In this document: positions 19,501-24,459 of the stretch, piece by piece | Layout of the letters: the number at the start of each line of letters is the position of its first letter | Numbering within the stretch: position 1 is the stretch's first letter | IMG/VR virus record: IMGVR_UViG_3300021091_000407 | Location: 1-24,556 of that record | Source: a virus | Taxonomy: Duplodnaviria; Caudoviricetes | Length of the DNA stretch: 24,556 nucleotides | Reading direction: 5' to 3' (one strand) | The notes under the pieces: generated by a model | The model's database searches: none | What the model saw: only the letters and a program-made list of their open reading frames with translations | What the model was told of the DNA's origin: nothing | Translations under genes and position numbers: made by a program

Positions 19501-20615
19501 CCATATGTAACAGAAGATCCAATTGGATGTACAAGAGATCCCGATCTAGATTTAATAATAAATTGATTTACATTTTTCTCTTCAAATGTAAACTTTTCCG
19601 AACTGATATAAAATTCTCCTTTTGAATCCCATCCCATTGTTGAGAATACATTAATTCTATCTCCAATAGAATCAAATTGAGATACCTCTTTTGTTAGTTT
19701 GGTTTTAGAAGCGATGGAAAATGAACCATTTACACTTTGTTCAGCAAGAATTAATTCATATAAATCTTCACCATTAAACTTACCAACATATTTTACATTA
19801 TCAACTACAGCAGAAGCATAAGAACCATCAACATTTTGCTTGATTGTTCTCCCAATCAAGTTTAATGGATTTCCAGATAAAATTTTGACTTTTAATGAAT
19901 ATACATTGGTCCACTTAGATTCAGATGCCTTTAATGTAAAATCTCTAGGATATTTTACTTCTGGTTCTAGATCATTATCAATTAAACATTTAAATAAAAA
20001 TTTAATTGAACTATCAGTACCCTTTGACTGATAGAATGATGTAATATTTTTAATTAAAACTCGTTTGTCAACATCTGATTTTAGATATGCTTCTGGGAAG
20101 TCGCTTAGATATTGTTTCTCAAAACTTTTAACTAAGGCATATAAAAATAAATTGCTAATGTTTTGTACAACTGATCCATTTAGATGATTTGATGCCTGTG
20201 TGGTTACAAATGTACTTTCACTGTAAAGATCTCCCAGTTTTGTATTTCCACTAATACCACGACTTACTTCTAGGAATTGTGTATCTGTACGTTGCTTATA
20301 AAAACAAATTTCATTATCAATTTGAATATATCCACCGTTCTTGGGAAATGAAGTTGCATCAAGAACTGTGATTGTGTCATCAGATGATTGTAATGATCCT
20401 GCTAATTTTGTAGACTGTGTGAGAATATTTTTTTCATAAAAATCAATATCACAATAAGTCTGAATATTTGTAATAATATCCAGCGGATTACCCTGAATTT
20501 CTAACTGCTCATAGTATTTTTGTACGAATCTTGTAAAGAGTTCGTACTCTTCGTTGATAAAGTCTGGTAATTGTGATTCAACCAGAAATGAAATTTTGTT
20601 AGCAGTTTTCAGCAT
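10518..20615 (-). CDS. g7: Baseplate wedge initiator gp7-like, giant multidomain protein
   Basis: 3365 aa between g6 and g8. The N-terminus has ISFLVESQLPDFINEEY..F..F...YY and LIKNITSFYQSKGTDSSIKFLF. The core motif DSYYYQDYSY..KS..P...W...IK...HPAGFQLFGE is near aa 1800. It also contains a YHYH-like domain, GxGY beta-repeats and helical CxRD repeats. Confidence 0.88.
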   Translation of the reverse strand: MLKTANKISFLVESQLPDFINEEYELFTRFVQKYYEQLEIQGNPLDIITNIQTYCDIDFYEKNILTQSTKLAGSLQSSDDTITVLDATSFPKNGGYIQIDNEICFYKQRTDTQFLEVSRGISGNTKLGDLYSESTFVTTQASNHLNGSVVQNISNLFLYALVKSFEKQYLSDFPEAYLKSDVDKRVLIKNITSFYQSKGTDSSIKFLFKCLIDNDLEPEVKYPRDFTLKASESKWTNVYSLKVKILSGNPLNLIGRTIKQNVDGSYASAVVDNVKYVGKFNGEDLYELILAEQSVNGSFSIASKTKLTKEVSQFDSIGDRINVFSTMGWDSKGEFYISSEKFTFEEKNVNQFIIKSRSGSLVHPIGSSVTYGANVSSNGISLLVYGVLYALENQYGSPYSNPGEILQISEPGFITTDPKIFDSQNNLRWITSSSPPGSSNHPSVSAAISKLNSNVSAIFEDGEGYYITSSGFPSHDIIPLTATIPQDIEDQKLLRIIRKNAISTTEIYETGNRDVGIAINGIPLLSYKDSDVVYNGAIQKIKVLNRGSGYQKGPYVLINNVSGLVRTKLAGQVVESIIVDDTGNYGQIPTVEITSGRNATATAVVTNGEITSIVVNNPGEYYSSPPEVKITDAAGKGRFADFKTIISNEGKVVGFEKIKGGSLYTQENVSVDLIAIGSGAEAVAEIKSWVKDKYKKFKSQLDSNNGYFFKNFVNTLGYGYAYYASPSALRSTDTGSSHSPIIGFAYDGNPIYGPYGYNNPLVLTSPIVRMTSSYSKNISRNIGPSTAIYPIGTFVDDYNYIEGYGSLDQNNGRYCVTPEYPQGTYAYFITVDASNNPVFPYIIGQNYYSLPLDSNYNSSISQDDLPVDANRLRTSGIDKNGDLSHAIIEDVNRGNVISATVLDSVNNFSVGSEVIINDTQTDGFGAKAEVSSVSGRQVLSIESEDSKVVLFDLVTTAYLFDGDTLTQALTGASGKIVGDVFSGTKVALRNVSGTFNSSDVLSSNTKVLSLILDQNSSYTKGAILSLSNGINAAVATGKVLEGTTAQNTVKVKVLSGNFIVSDTLFLTSSDLINTPGSKIVSLNSLSNDLIIFNLNDSVALLTTSDDHGVGLDEQITIDINPNDATTTSTYYVRTRIYQEATLQAPGVSRVLKDTGVGRVAILNGGENYTAGSYSNIALVGGNGTNAKATIVVSSQGSVTSVTISDKGFGYNKFDVLTVGNVALNKTNSTTPSLKLSVDHVGFSLQNSKLTLDSYIGITIGDYLKINDEIVKVLSRTNNTFVVERSQKGTTAVDHFDGAVVSIYDPGYNISPGYQLGSGSDDPIVLSYDPTTQKIVFVYNYSQTLTTISSLIKDSVFFDQSVDKRLVTISSITKPERYFEFSSNNINFVRNKVIDIKKYYKYNFDISHPSMSDVRFDLSPSINLNLVTPEKVSVGNIISVKVGFGPRISSNTYQNKVDIPFSKYFYYDKNNKINSEKSYLNVVDDPLQGKKIALYVTSNKIVYETLFAAPHDGSGQISYVSESIFSIGKINSVRITNIGSDYKKIPIVTGVVPSAEYAAVAECTIQDGRITGVVVTETGKNYSKPVVIVSGNAVLTAVADAGKITGILIKNSGTGYTEIPDIKIAESDIKCYLNSKNIGIPRNIKLINNGGAYHKDLTLKSSFRSNYILVVSDFATDAFIVGETIIQRSGNVEVARARVTSWRNGSNILIVDRVQGILREGKQIIGLSNNKTAKLQSIDYTQFSPIIKTYFDNMGYYQSDYGKISDANQRISDSYYYQDYSYTVKSKTPIDLWRSLIKQTTHPAGFQLFGEVLIESGAQNRMSANTKSTKTSIVQLWDPNKNKVTVINTKRKITQSIIATKSLNVEKGVGSVSVDSANTSEIRAKRVYLNAPFDGAFTDKGNLEGTTTFNIVDVNGNSVNPYNSQALIITLDGIIQEPGTAYTVSGDKITFKNPPLGQSIEDGQIAPGVRFYGRLFEFKNPTLNQRYLKKIRNIFQRNGRWIDSANQLEFNRAFIQAETLGYIKSKYPSLTWNTLGSKCSRDIGYIIDALAHDLRFGGNEKTILSIEKYFNFGTLSYIDGDEVDATIEAFGYAVRLCKLAMRNWDVVEPGASWTPGTNIIEIGDTRNVAIGMRISAGRAFSSDTIITEILDSTRLKLSKNAIPLSSSSAQTITTNTTPASSVDTTAAIIQIAPGIFLQISPGNYYAITPASGLTISDNAVVTFLWSGSNTGTYIDAADLIIANKINIQREAAYRIYEEFPGFIYPGVPEEAYRFKDARRLIYKNLDDIVLDTLVEIENEFGTQYATSSCERDLKIILVAIAEDVARGGNSATIEVTNAYFDFHDALDGERTESIHAFNFARDLCIAAVNNLGAVIDPNITSVPECSNVNSAITSLFGILTTAIQNNQKPNITKNTGITSWVKTEDLCLRDIGLFVDAVVYSLRYGGNEKVIKFANSYFVNNQRVHIAGELSESIYAYNQAALLMIDAMLNQISGITIIAPVTDPNVRLDTVSPLCAQVESAINTYAQIVEDTLEGGPDRIDVIPQNPNSTGYWTTLRSYSNIDLIRDIGLRYNTFTECEDVASALDSLYDVIRQTLVTGPGTVEVSYPDYINGENTIFDLYYSDGSPVQTDLNENLFVGLSGILQHDSAYYIDRSSIPNKIVFSSPPIWGQEENVKLVQEPLAVEKFFAHTIGNYIRCEIDKSGILDGSPGPFLILNSKDKKVKTIDDGNFVLVFIDGTLQREGDSYQINGPAITFTRDIFSENNIEIILLYGRDIEQTITLYDFERNTYYNKLILTCDAGSPNSFVDWETWYNTSYDKFQVAYQKISGTKRFIGNVKSYYKTSNKLVITLAGGNPQLVNSTIFFAAEDDFSDEYELVFTTNSITVVRDEENDYKMQRNSATWLYDTKEADISFYEKKRLLANLNAGDIIKIDGENQYRDIKELPQYVNPKNYNPSQDVSNDFFGSVVTSNYNGETTGVGLSVTCSIQAGKVNKITWNKKDLQLLYNTGIIQPTTAYGYETTPILHFIPVDQNGGGARAEVIVSRGQIIDIVITDSGSGYTKPPRVVTARQYDIIKQRGRKIDSFIQLTVGTQIIQQSPVATNLIVEFSRGIETVYSFITSVSPSSSANCVITLNREIDLSPLSVSKEVLYIRPASIGQVSSPTNQSDSYMLRQYYIDRTVESQPLLLATVERMFNHYVGFVDHRGLSFSTNLASGTLGPSFAQWENAKFMDTGNILSTGGTPVSAITIEDFIMNGFTVGDFDNYAGSNIISTGNLFNLAYPSINYYLSMVETDDIPAIGNPGYLATNAVIYANTSKFPSSGTILVGKEQISYTSKLSDRFLNCTRGVNGTPIEFHALGDYLRNAL
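12850..14615 (-). repeat. Three helical repeats with CxRD-x14-GGN inside gp7
   Basis: The copies are KCSRDIGYIIDALAHDLRFGGN (Cys codon 14504-14502), SCERDLKIILVAIAEDVARGGN (13694-13692) and LCLRDIGLFVDAVVYSLRYGGN (13340-13338). Each has an A[FY]..A..L...A..N helix, and there are three C..V.SA[IL] helices. Confidence 0.9.
18070..19230 (-). other. Split YHYH-like domain within gp7
   Basis: Motifs in order are ITSSGFPSH, VGIAINGIPL, an insertion of about 150 aa, GYAYY, HSPIIGFAYDGNPIYGPYG, LDQNNGRYCVTPEYPQGTYAYFIT and FPYIIG. The order matches the YHYH family. Confidence 0.75.
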
Positions 20616-20620
20616 CTAAA

Positions 20621-22423
20621 CTACTCTTTGTATGCTATGAATTTACTCTTTGATATATCTACGTCAAGATATACCTCGCGCTTAACCTCAATGTCTCTAT
20701 TAGCTGGTTTTACTCTCAATTCAATACGATTGTCTGAAAAACTGCCTTTTAAGATTGTGAGATTGTACATCTTAATTTCACCTTTTACATAATCAACATC
20801 ACCAATTGAATCATTCAATAGAATTTTTTCACCAGTCACAGAATCTAGTCTATATAGGACGATTTTGCCATTCCTATCTTCCAAATAACTTGTAAACTCT
20901 GGATATTCAAAAACAGTCATTTCAGTTGAAGAAACAACAGGATTATCACAATCTTCTAGAAATGCATTTTGATAACAGATCTCATAATATGCTGAAGAAT
21001 TAATCTGTGCGTAGAAATCTTTTCTCATCGTGATATCTGTACTGTTTGAATTGATAGCACGATCAGATCCGTCAATCACAGCAACAAATTTACTGTATCT
21101 AAATTTACCATTAAATTTTTCTGTTTCTGATGTTTTGAGATATTCTTCAATTCCAGTTGCAACTTTTGCTGCCATTTGTGCAGGAATTGATTTTGTTTTA
21201 CTTTCATCGTAATAAATGGAAGTATCCAACTCAACGTATAAAATTGAAGGATCAATAAACTCTGGTCTAATTGAAGCAACGGTATATTTCTTTAATTCGT
21301 CTGAAAGTTGATTTTTTGTAAATGATGACAGTGCTGCCGCTTCAACTGGTTTTACAGCAATAAAAACTTTCCCATACTGGGGTGGTTCTTGATCTTCTCC
21401 ACCAAATACAATAATATCTCCAACTGCGGGGTATAAGTTTCTAATAATTGCTGCATAGTCATTAGATGTCACTGCTCTGTTCTGTGATCCATAGAACTTA
21501 GGAGCATTGAATTTAATTTTCTCAATAGATTCAATATCTGCACCACCAGATGCAATCTGGGTAGTTGTTAGTTTTGTAATATTAAATGGTAACAATAATG
21601 AATTATCATCTTGATCATTAAGGACTCCACCAAAAGTAAAAGTTTTGGCGCCGTTTGTTACTGGTCCATTTGTAATTATATAAGTCAATTCAACAAATTG
21701 ACCATTTGTTAATTTTTTACCTAAAACTCCATCACCAAAGAAAATTTCGTATTTCTCATCTTCAATTTCATTGATAAAGTAAATTTCATCATTACTACCA
21801 ACTTCTAAAATATTTGATACTGGTGTATAGTCTTTGTATATAGTAGATGCTGCAGATTGGTAAACTCTAACTCTCAGAGTACTAATATCAACTGAAGGGT
21901 TCTCAATTAAAAATCTTTGTGACTTGAGCGATGCATTAACAACAAACCTATTTGTTACAAGAGCTCCTTCATACAAATTCAAATTTGAGAATTTTGCAAC
22001 TCCGTTGATAACATCACTTCTTCTATCCTCTTTTAGAATGAAGCGATACAAAGTACCATCGTAATTTGTAATAAATCCACTTCCAGCTCTGAATTTAACA
22101 GATGATGGTGCTGTACTGTTAAATGTAATTTCAAAATCAACTGATGCTCTTGGAGATGTAATTGACTTTGGTGTGTATCCTAATTGCTTTGCCAGTGCCA
22201 CTACGTTGTCTCTTAAAGTGGCAGAATCCAAGAACATCTCATTCACTACCATATTGGTATTGAATGCAGTATAATAGGTATTATATGCCAATACATCAAG
22301 TAATTGACTTAGAGCAGATCCCTCAAAGTCATAGTCAGTAAAATCTGACTGCGCTCTCATATAATCTTTGAGAGTTGTCTTAATCTGATTAAAATCTAAG
22401 TTGTTTAATTGAGCGTATGGCAT
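20621..22423 (-). CDS. g6: Baseplate wedge subunit gp6
   Basis: 600 aa. Motifs are LDFNQIKTTLKDYM, FTDYDFEGSALSQLLDVLAYNTYY, NEMFLDSATLRDNVVALAKQLGY.PKS, FFGDGVLGK, GGADIESIEKIKFNAP, QNRAVTSNDY and YGKVFIAVKP. It has a TAATG overlap with g25. Confidence 0.96.
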   Translation of the reverse strand: MPYAQLNNLDFNQIKTTLKDYMRAQSDFTDYDFEGSALSQLLDVLAYNTYYTAFNTNMVVNEMFLDSATLRDNVVALAKQLGYTPKSITSPRASVDFEITFNSTAPSSVKFRAGSGFITNYDGTLYRFILKEDRRSDVINGVAKFSNLNLYEGALVTNRFVVNASLKSQRFLIENPSVDISTLRVRVYQSAASTIYKDYTPVSNILEVGSNDEIYFINEIEDEKYEIFFGDGVLGKKLTNGQFVELTYIITNGPVTNGAKTFTFGGVLNDQDDNSLLLPFNITKLTTTQIASGGADIESIEKIKFNAPKFYGSQNRAVTSNDYAAIIRNLYPAVGDIIVFGGEDQEPPQYGKVFIAVKPVEAAALSSFTKNQLSDELKKYTVASIRPEFIDPSILYVELDTSIYYDESKTKSIPAQMAAKVATGIEEYLKTSETEKFNGKFRYSKFVAVIDGSDRAINSNSTDITMRKDFYAQINSSAYYEICYQNAFLEDCDNPVVSSTEMTVFEYPEFTSYLEDRNGKIVLYRLDSVTGEKILLNDSIGDVDYVKGEIKMYNLTILKGSFSDNRIELRVKPANRDIEVKREVYLDVDISKSKFIAYKE

Positions 22424-22818
22424 TATCTCGTCCTAGAAAGGAAGAATTCTACATTTATGGGTGGTCTATCAGAACCAATAATTTCATACACCATTTCAAC
22501 ATCAAATCCATTGTCATCAAAGTTTGGTATCACATCAATAGATAACACAGAAATTCTTGGTTCGTAATTTGCAAGAGTTAAAGAAATATTTCTGGATAAA
22601 ATACCAGCAGTTGCATAATCTAATGGTTCAAACAAATATGATCTAATATCTGACCCAAATTCTGGATTGAATAATTTCTCACCCTTATTCATTAATAAAA
22701 TATTAACAATTGCCTGTTTAATGGCAGAAGCATCCTTACTGACAACAAGATCATCAGTAACAGGATGCTTCTTAAAACTAATATTGATATCTCTAAAGGA
22801 GAGATTTGACGTTGCCAT
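22423..22818 (-). CDS. g25: Baseplate wedge subunit gp25 (GPW/gp25 family, sheath initiator)
   Basis: 131 aa. Motifs are FRDINISF..HPVT.D, AIKQAIVNILL...GEKLFNPEFGS.I...LFE and YEPRI. The size matches T4 gp25. Confidence 0.96.
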   Translation of the reverse strand: MATSNLSFRDINISFKKHPVTDDLVVSKDASAIKQAIVNILLMNKGEKLFNPEFGSDIRSYLFEPLDYATAGILSRNISLTLANYEPRISVLSIDVIPNFDDNGFDVEMVYEIIGSDRPPINVEFFLSRTR

Positions 22819-22832
22819 TAACAGTCTACGAA

Positions 22833-22852
22833 GTCACTAGTTATTTAGTGAC
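22833..22852 (-). promoter_or_regulatory. Late promoter-like CTAAATA embedded in a 7-bp inverted repeat upstream of g25
   Basis: The minus strand reads GTCACTA-AATAAC-TAGTGAC. CTAAATA at 22848-22842 is about 24 nt upstream of the g25 ATG. The stem can be extended by G.U and A-U pairs. Confidence 0.65.
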
Positions 22853-22854
22853 CT

Positions 22855-23073
22855 TTAGACATGCCATCTTTCAATAAAATCGTCAAAACCGCCTGCACCG
22901 CCACATGGACGACTCATGCGATCTTCAGGAATATCATAAAGTTCTTCTTTTTTCTTGTTTCTATTTCGTTTTGCCGCCATATTCAGATAGATATCTGAAT
23001 CTGTTTCTGTAATGAGTGTCATTCCTTCTTCAACAAAGTCATGACTTTTATCTACATGAAAATGGTTCCCCAT
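22855..23073 (-). CDS. Hypothetical protein (type found upstream of g25 in cyanomyoviruses)
   Basis: 72 aa with an ATG start and purine-rich AGAGAAAAG upstream. It fills the gap in a co-directional operon. The motif VDKS.DF.EEGMTLITE.DSD.YL resembles small cyanophage proteins at this locus (from recollection). Confidence 0.8.
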   Translation of the reverse strand: MGNHFHVDKSHDFVEEGMTLITETDSDIYLNMAAKRNRNKKKEELYDIPEDRMSRPCGGAGGFDDFIERWHV

Positions 23074-23081
23074 AACTTTTC

Positions 23082-23155
23082 TCTGTAACTACACAGAACT
23101 TTTATTGGGGTTACTATCCCAATATTCAGTTTTCGGAGTTTTCGGCGCTCGGCGT
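23082..23155 (-). other. Structured intergenic leader: direct repeats plus two hairpins
   Basis: The minus strand has CGCCGA x2 and CCGAAAACT x2 (23155-23128), the hairpin TATTGGG-ATAGTAAC-CCCAATA (23124-23103) and the hairpin TCTGT-GTAGTT-ACAGA (23097-23082). AAAAGTT occurs twice. Confidence 0.5.
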
Positions 23156-23305
23156 TTAACGTCCTTGCCCTCTATAACGCTTCCTACCAGTATTTCGTGA
23201 AGACGCTCCAAGATGTGTATTTTGACTACGCCCCTGCCGAGTTTTCTTCGGTTTACCAGGAGTGTAACCAGTCTTGACTAGTCCAACTTTTGATCTTGCT
23301 GCCAT
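23156..23305 (-). CDS. Small, highly basic protein (49 aa) ending RKRYRGQGR
   Basis: Absent from the ORF track, whose shortest entries are 60 aa. It translates as MAARSKVGLVKTGYTPGKPKKTRQGRSQNTHLGASSRNTGRKRYRGQGR*, with the ATG 5 nt after the previous stop. It has 14 K/R and no D/E. The KKTRQG and YRGQG motifs are recalled from small T4-like cyanophage proteins. Confidence 0.85.
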   Translation of the reverse strand: MAARSKVGLVKTGYTPGKPKKTRQGRSQNTHLGASSRNTGRKRYRGQGR

Positions 23306-23310
23306 AATTC

Positions 23311-23784
23311 TTAAGGTTTTGGTACGTTTACAATTCCGAGTGCTGTTCTAACACCTATAAGTATTTTAGGGCTTTGCCCAATTCCTGTCAAGGGTCTATC
23401 ATTTAATGCATAAATTGCTGGTTCTGTTCCAATTGGTGCTGGAATTCCTCCCACATTTACTGCTGGAGGTGCGGTAACAGCATCTCCTATGACTGCAACC
23501 AACTTCTTCTCAAAGAAGACAGTTTTGTTTTGATAAGGAGTAATCAGTTTACGTGGCAGAAAACCAATGGGAGGACATGGTGGTGTAGGTGCTCGTAATG
23601 CTCCAGTTACATCTGCAGCTACTATAGGTACTCCACCACTTGGATAAAACTTTAAAGGTGTCGTTCCTAATTTGATTGTTGCAGCAGGAAATGGAGTGCC
23701 CCCTAAAGGTGCAGGAGAATATATGAAACACACATCCTGCGATATTGTGTCAATTGTTGCTTCTCCTGCAATTGTTCCAATCAT
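23311..23784 (-). CDS. Divergent PAAR-like (gp5.4-like) spike-tip protein candidate
   Basis: 157 aa, Pro/Gly-rich and beta-type. NKTVFFEKKLVAVIGDAV matches the PAAR pattern S.TVF.NG.P.AR.GD, and GQSPKILIG matches the PAAR C-terminal GS..V.IG. It has an ATGA overlap with the upstream ORF and lies near g25. Confidence 0.65.
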   Translation of the reverse strand: MIGTIAGEATIDTISQDVCFIYSPAPLGGTPFPAATIKLGTTPLKFYPSGGVPIVAADVTGALRAPTPPCPPIGFLPRKLITPYQNKTVFFEKKLVAVIGDAVTAPPAVNVGGIPAPIGTEPAIYALNDRPLTGIGQSPKILIGVRTALGIVNVPKP

Positions 23785-23996
23785 GCTTTTATATCCTTCT
23801 GAATACTATCTATTCTTTTATATAAATCATCTAGAGCTTCATTCAACTTCATGTAACTCTGGGACTGGGGGGGCTTGTACATCAATTGGGGGCGTTCTAA
23901 CGATGACACCTTCCTCTCCACCATCGTCAATCTCTCGGACAGCGATTGGAGTAACTCGTTGAATTTCTGCATTGTCAATTGGTTGTCTTGAGTCAT
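23781..23996 (-). CDS. Hypothetical coiled-coil protein (71 aa)
   Basis: The ATG has an AGGA Shine-Dalgarno 7 nt upstream (24007-24004). Heptad-like LQSLSERLTMVERKVSSLE and LNEALDDLYKRIDSI flank RPQLMYKPP. Its stop is coupled (ATGA) to the PAAR-like gene. Confidence 0.8.
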   Translation of the reverse strand: MTQDNQLTMQKFNELLQSLSERLTMVERKVSSLERPQLMYKPPQSQSYMKLNEALDDLYKRIDSIQKDIKA

Positions 23997-24108
23997 TATC
24001 TAATCCTGCAAAACGTCTTGCTGCTGCTGATTCAAATTGATCGCAAAATGTATCAAAATTTTGCAAAACCTTTTCATAGAAACTTGGATCTTGCTCGTAA
24101 TGATTCAT
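23839..24108 (-). CDS. Hypothetical acidic protein (89 aa), overlapping the 71-aa ORF by 158 nt
   Basis: The start is coupled by TAATG to the upstream gene. The N-terminal FYEKVLQNFDTFCDQFESAAARRF is an amphipathic helix and the C-terminal half is acidic and Pro-rich. Confidence 0.7.
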   Translation of the reverse strand: MNHYEQDPSFYEKVLQNFDTFCDQFESAAARRFAGLDNDSRQPIDNAEIQRVTPIAVREIDDGGEEGVIVRTPPIDVQAPPVPELHEVE

Positions 24109-24392
24109 TAGAATTTTAACCTCCCAGCTCCTTGGGGTAGATTGGGTATTGGCGAATCTGATCGTGGAAAACTCACAGCAGTTTCTAGTTCAGTGAACTT
24201 TGCTTCAAGATCTAGAATTCTTTGTGCCATTTCTTCAATGACCAATGCCATTCTTTCCAACTGGCGTTCGTGTAGTACTACGGCGAATTTTGGATCCTCT
24301 TTGAGTTGATTCATAACATGCTCAGAATTCTCAAAATGGGGAGGTCCAGCAGGTAGAATGGTTTCTTCAGTAATTACAACGGGTTCTGTCAT
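24108..24392 (-). CDS. Hypothetical coiled-coil protein (about 94 aa)
   Basis: The track ORF starts at TTG 24449, only about 4 nt from the late promoter motif, so the ATG at 24392 (MTEPVVIT...) is the more plausible start. It contains the coiled coil HERQLERMALVIEEMAQRILDLEAKFTELE. Confidence 0.75.
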   Translation of the reverse strand: MTEPVVITEETILPAGPPHFENSEHVMNQLKEDPKFAVVLHERQLERMALVIEEMAQRILDLEAKFTELETAVSFPRSDSPIPNLPQGAGRLKF

Positions 24393-24452
24393 GATTTTTT
24401 CTGGGGAAAATTTTTTTAATTTCAATGGTTTGGAAAAATGAATTTCCAATAC

Positions 24453-24459
24453 TATTTAT
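24453..24459 (-). promoter_or_regulatory. T4-type late promoter motif ATAAATA heading the small-ORF/baseplate operon
   Basis: The minus strand reads GATAAATAGT in non-coding sequence about 60 nt upstream of the ATG at 24392, in the direction of all downstream genes. Confidence 0.65.

Noticed and set aside
548-20615. Inteins, introns or homing endonucleases explaining the very large ORFs
   Set aside because: I saw no intein splice motifs, LAGLIDADG/HNH/GIY-YIG signatures or frame breaks. The size is explained by structural repeats.
22423-22818. gp25 as a lysozyme
   Set aside because: This is a legacy annotation. gp25 is a structural sheath-initiating subunit and no catalytic motif is evident.
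23103-23124. Rho-independent terminator
   Set aside because: On the coding strand the hairpin is followed by AAAAAG rather than a U-tract, and the plus strand also lacks a proper U-tract directly after the stem. It is kept only as a possible regulatory structure.
377-23962. Plus-strand ORFs (e.g. 377-607, 4698-5030, 18516-18911, 23672-23962) and short alternative-frame minus ORFs inside the large genes
   Set aside because: They are antisense or out-of-frame shadows of well-supported genes, with no recognisable motifs or convincing translation signals.
23781-24108. Overlapping pair as Rz/Rz1-type spanins
   Set aside because: Neither protein has an N-terminal transmembrane segment, signal peptide or lipobox Cys.
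24393-24449. TTG start at 24449 for the 113-aa ORF
   Set aside because: It lies about 4 nt from the late promoter box, at or before the expected TSS, and the extra 19 codons are low-complexity A/T tracts. The ATG at 24392 is preferred.
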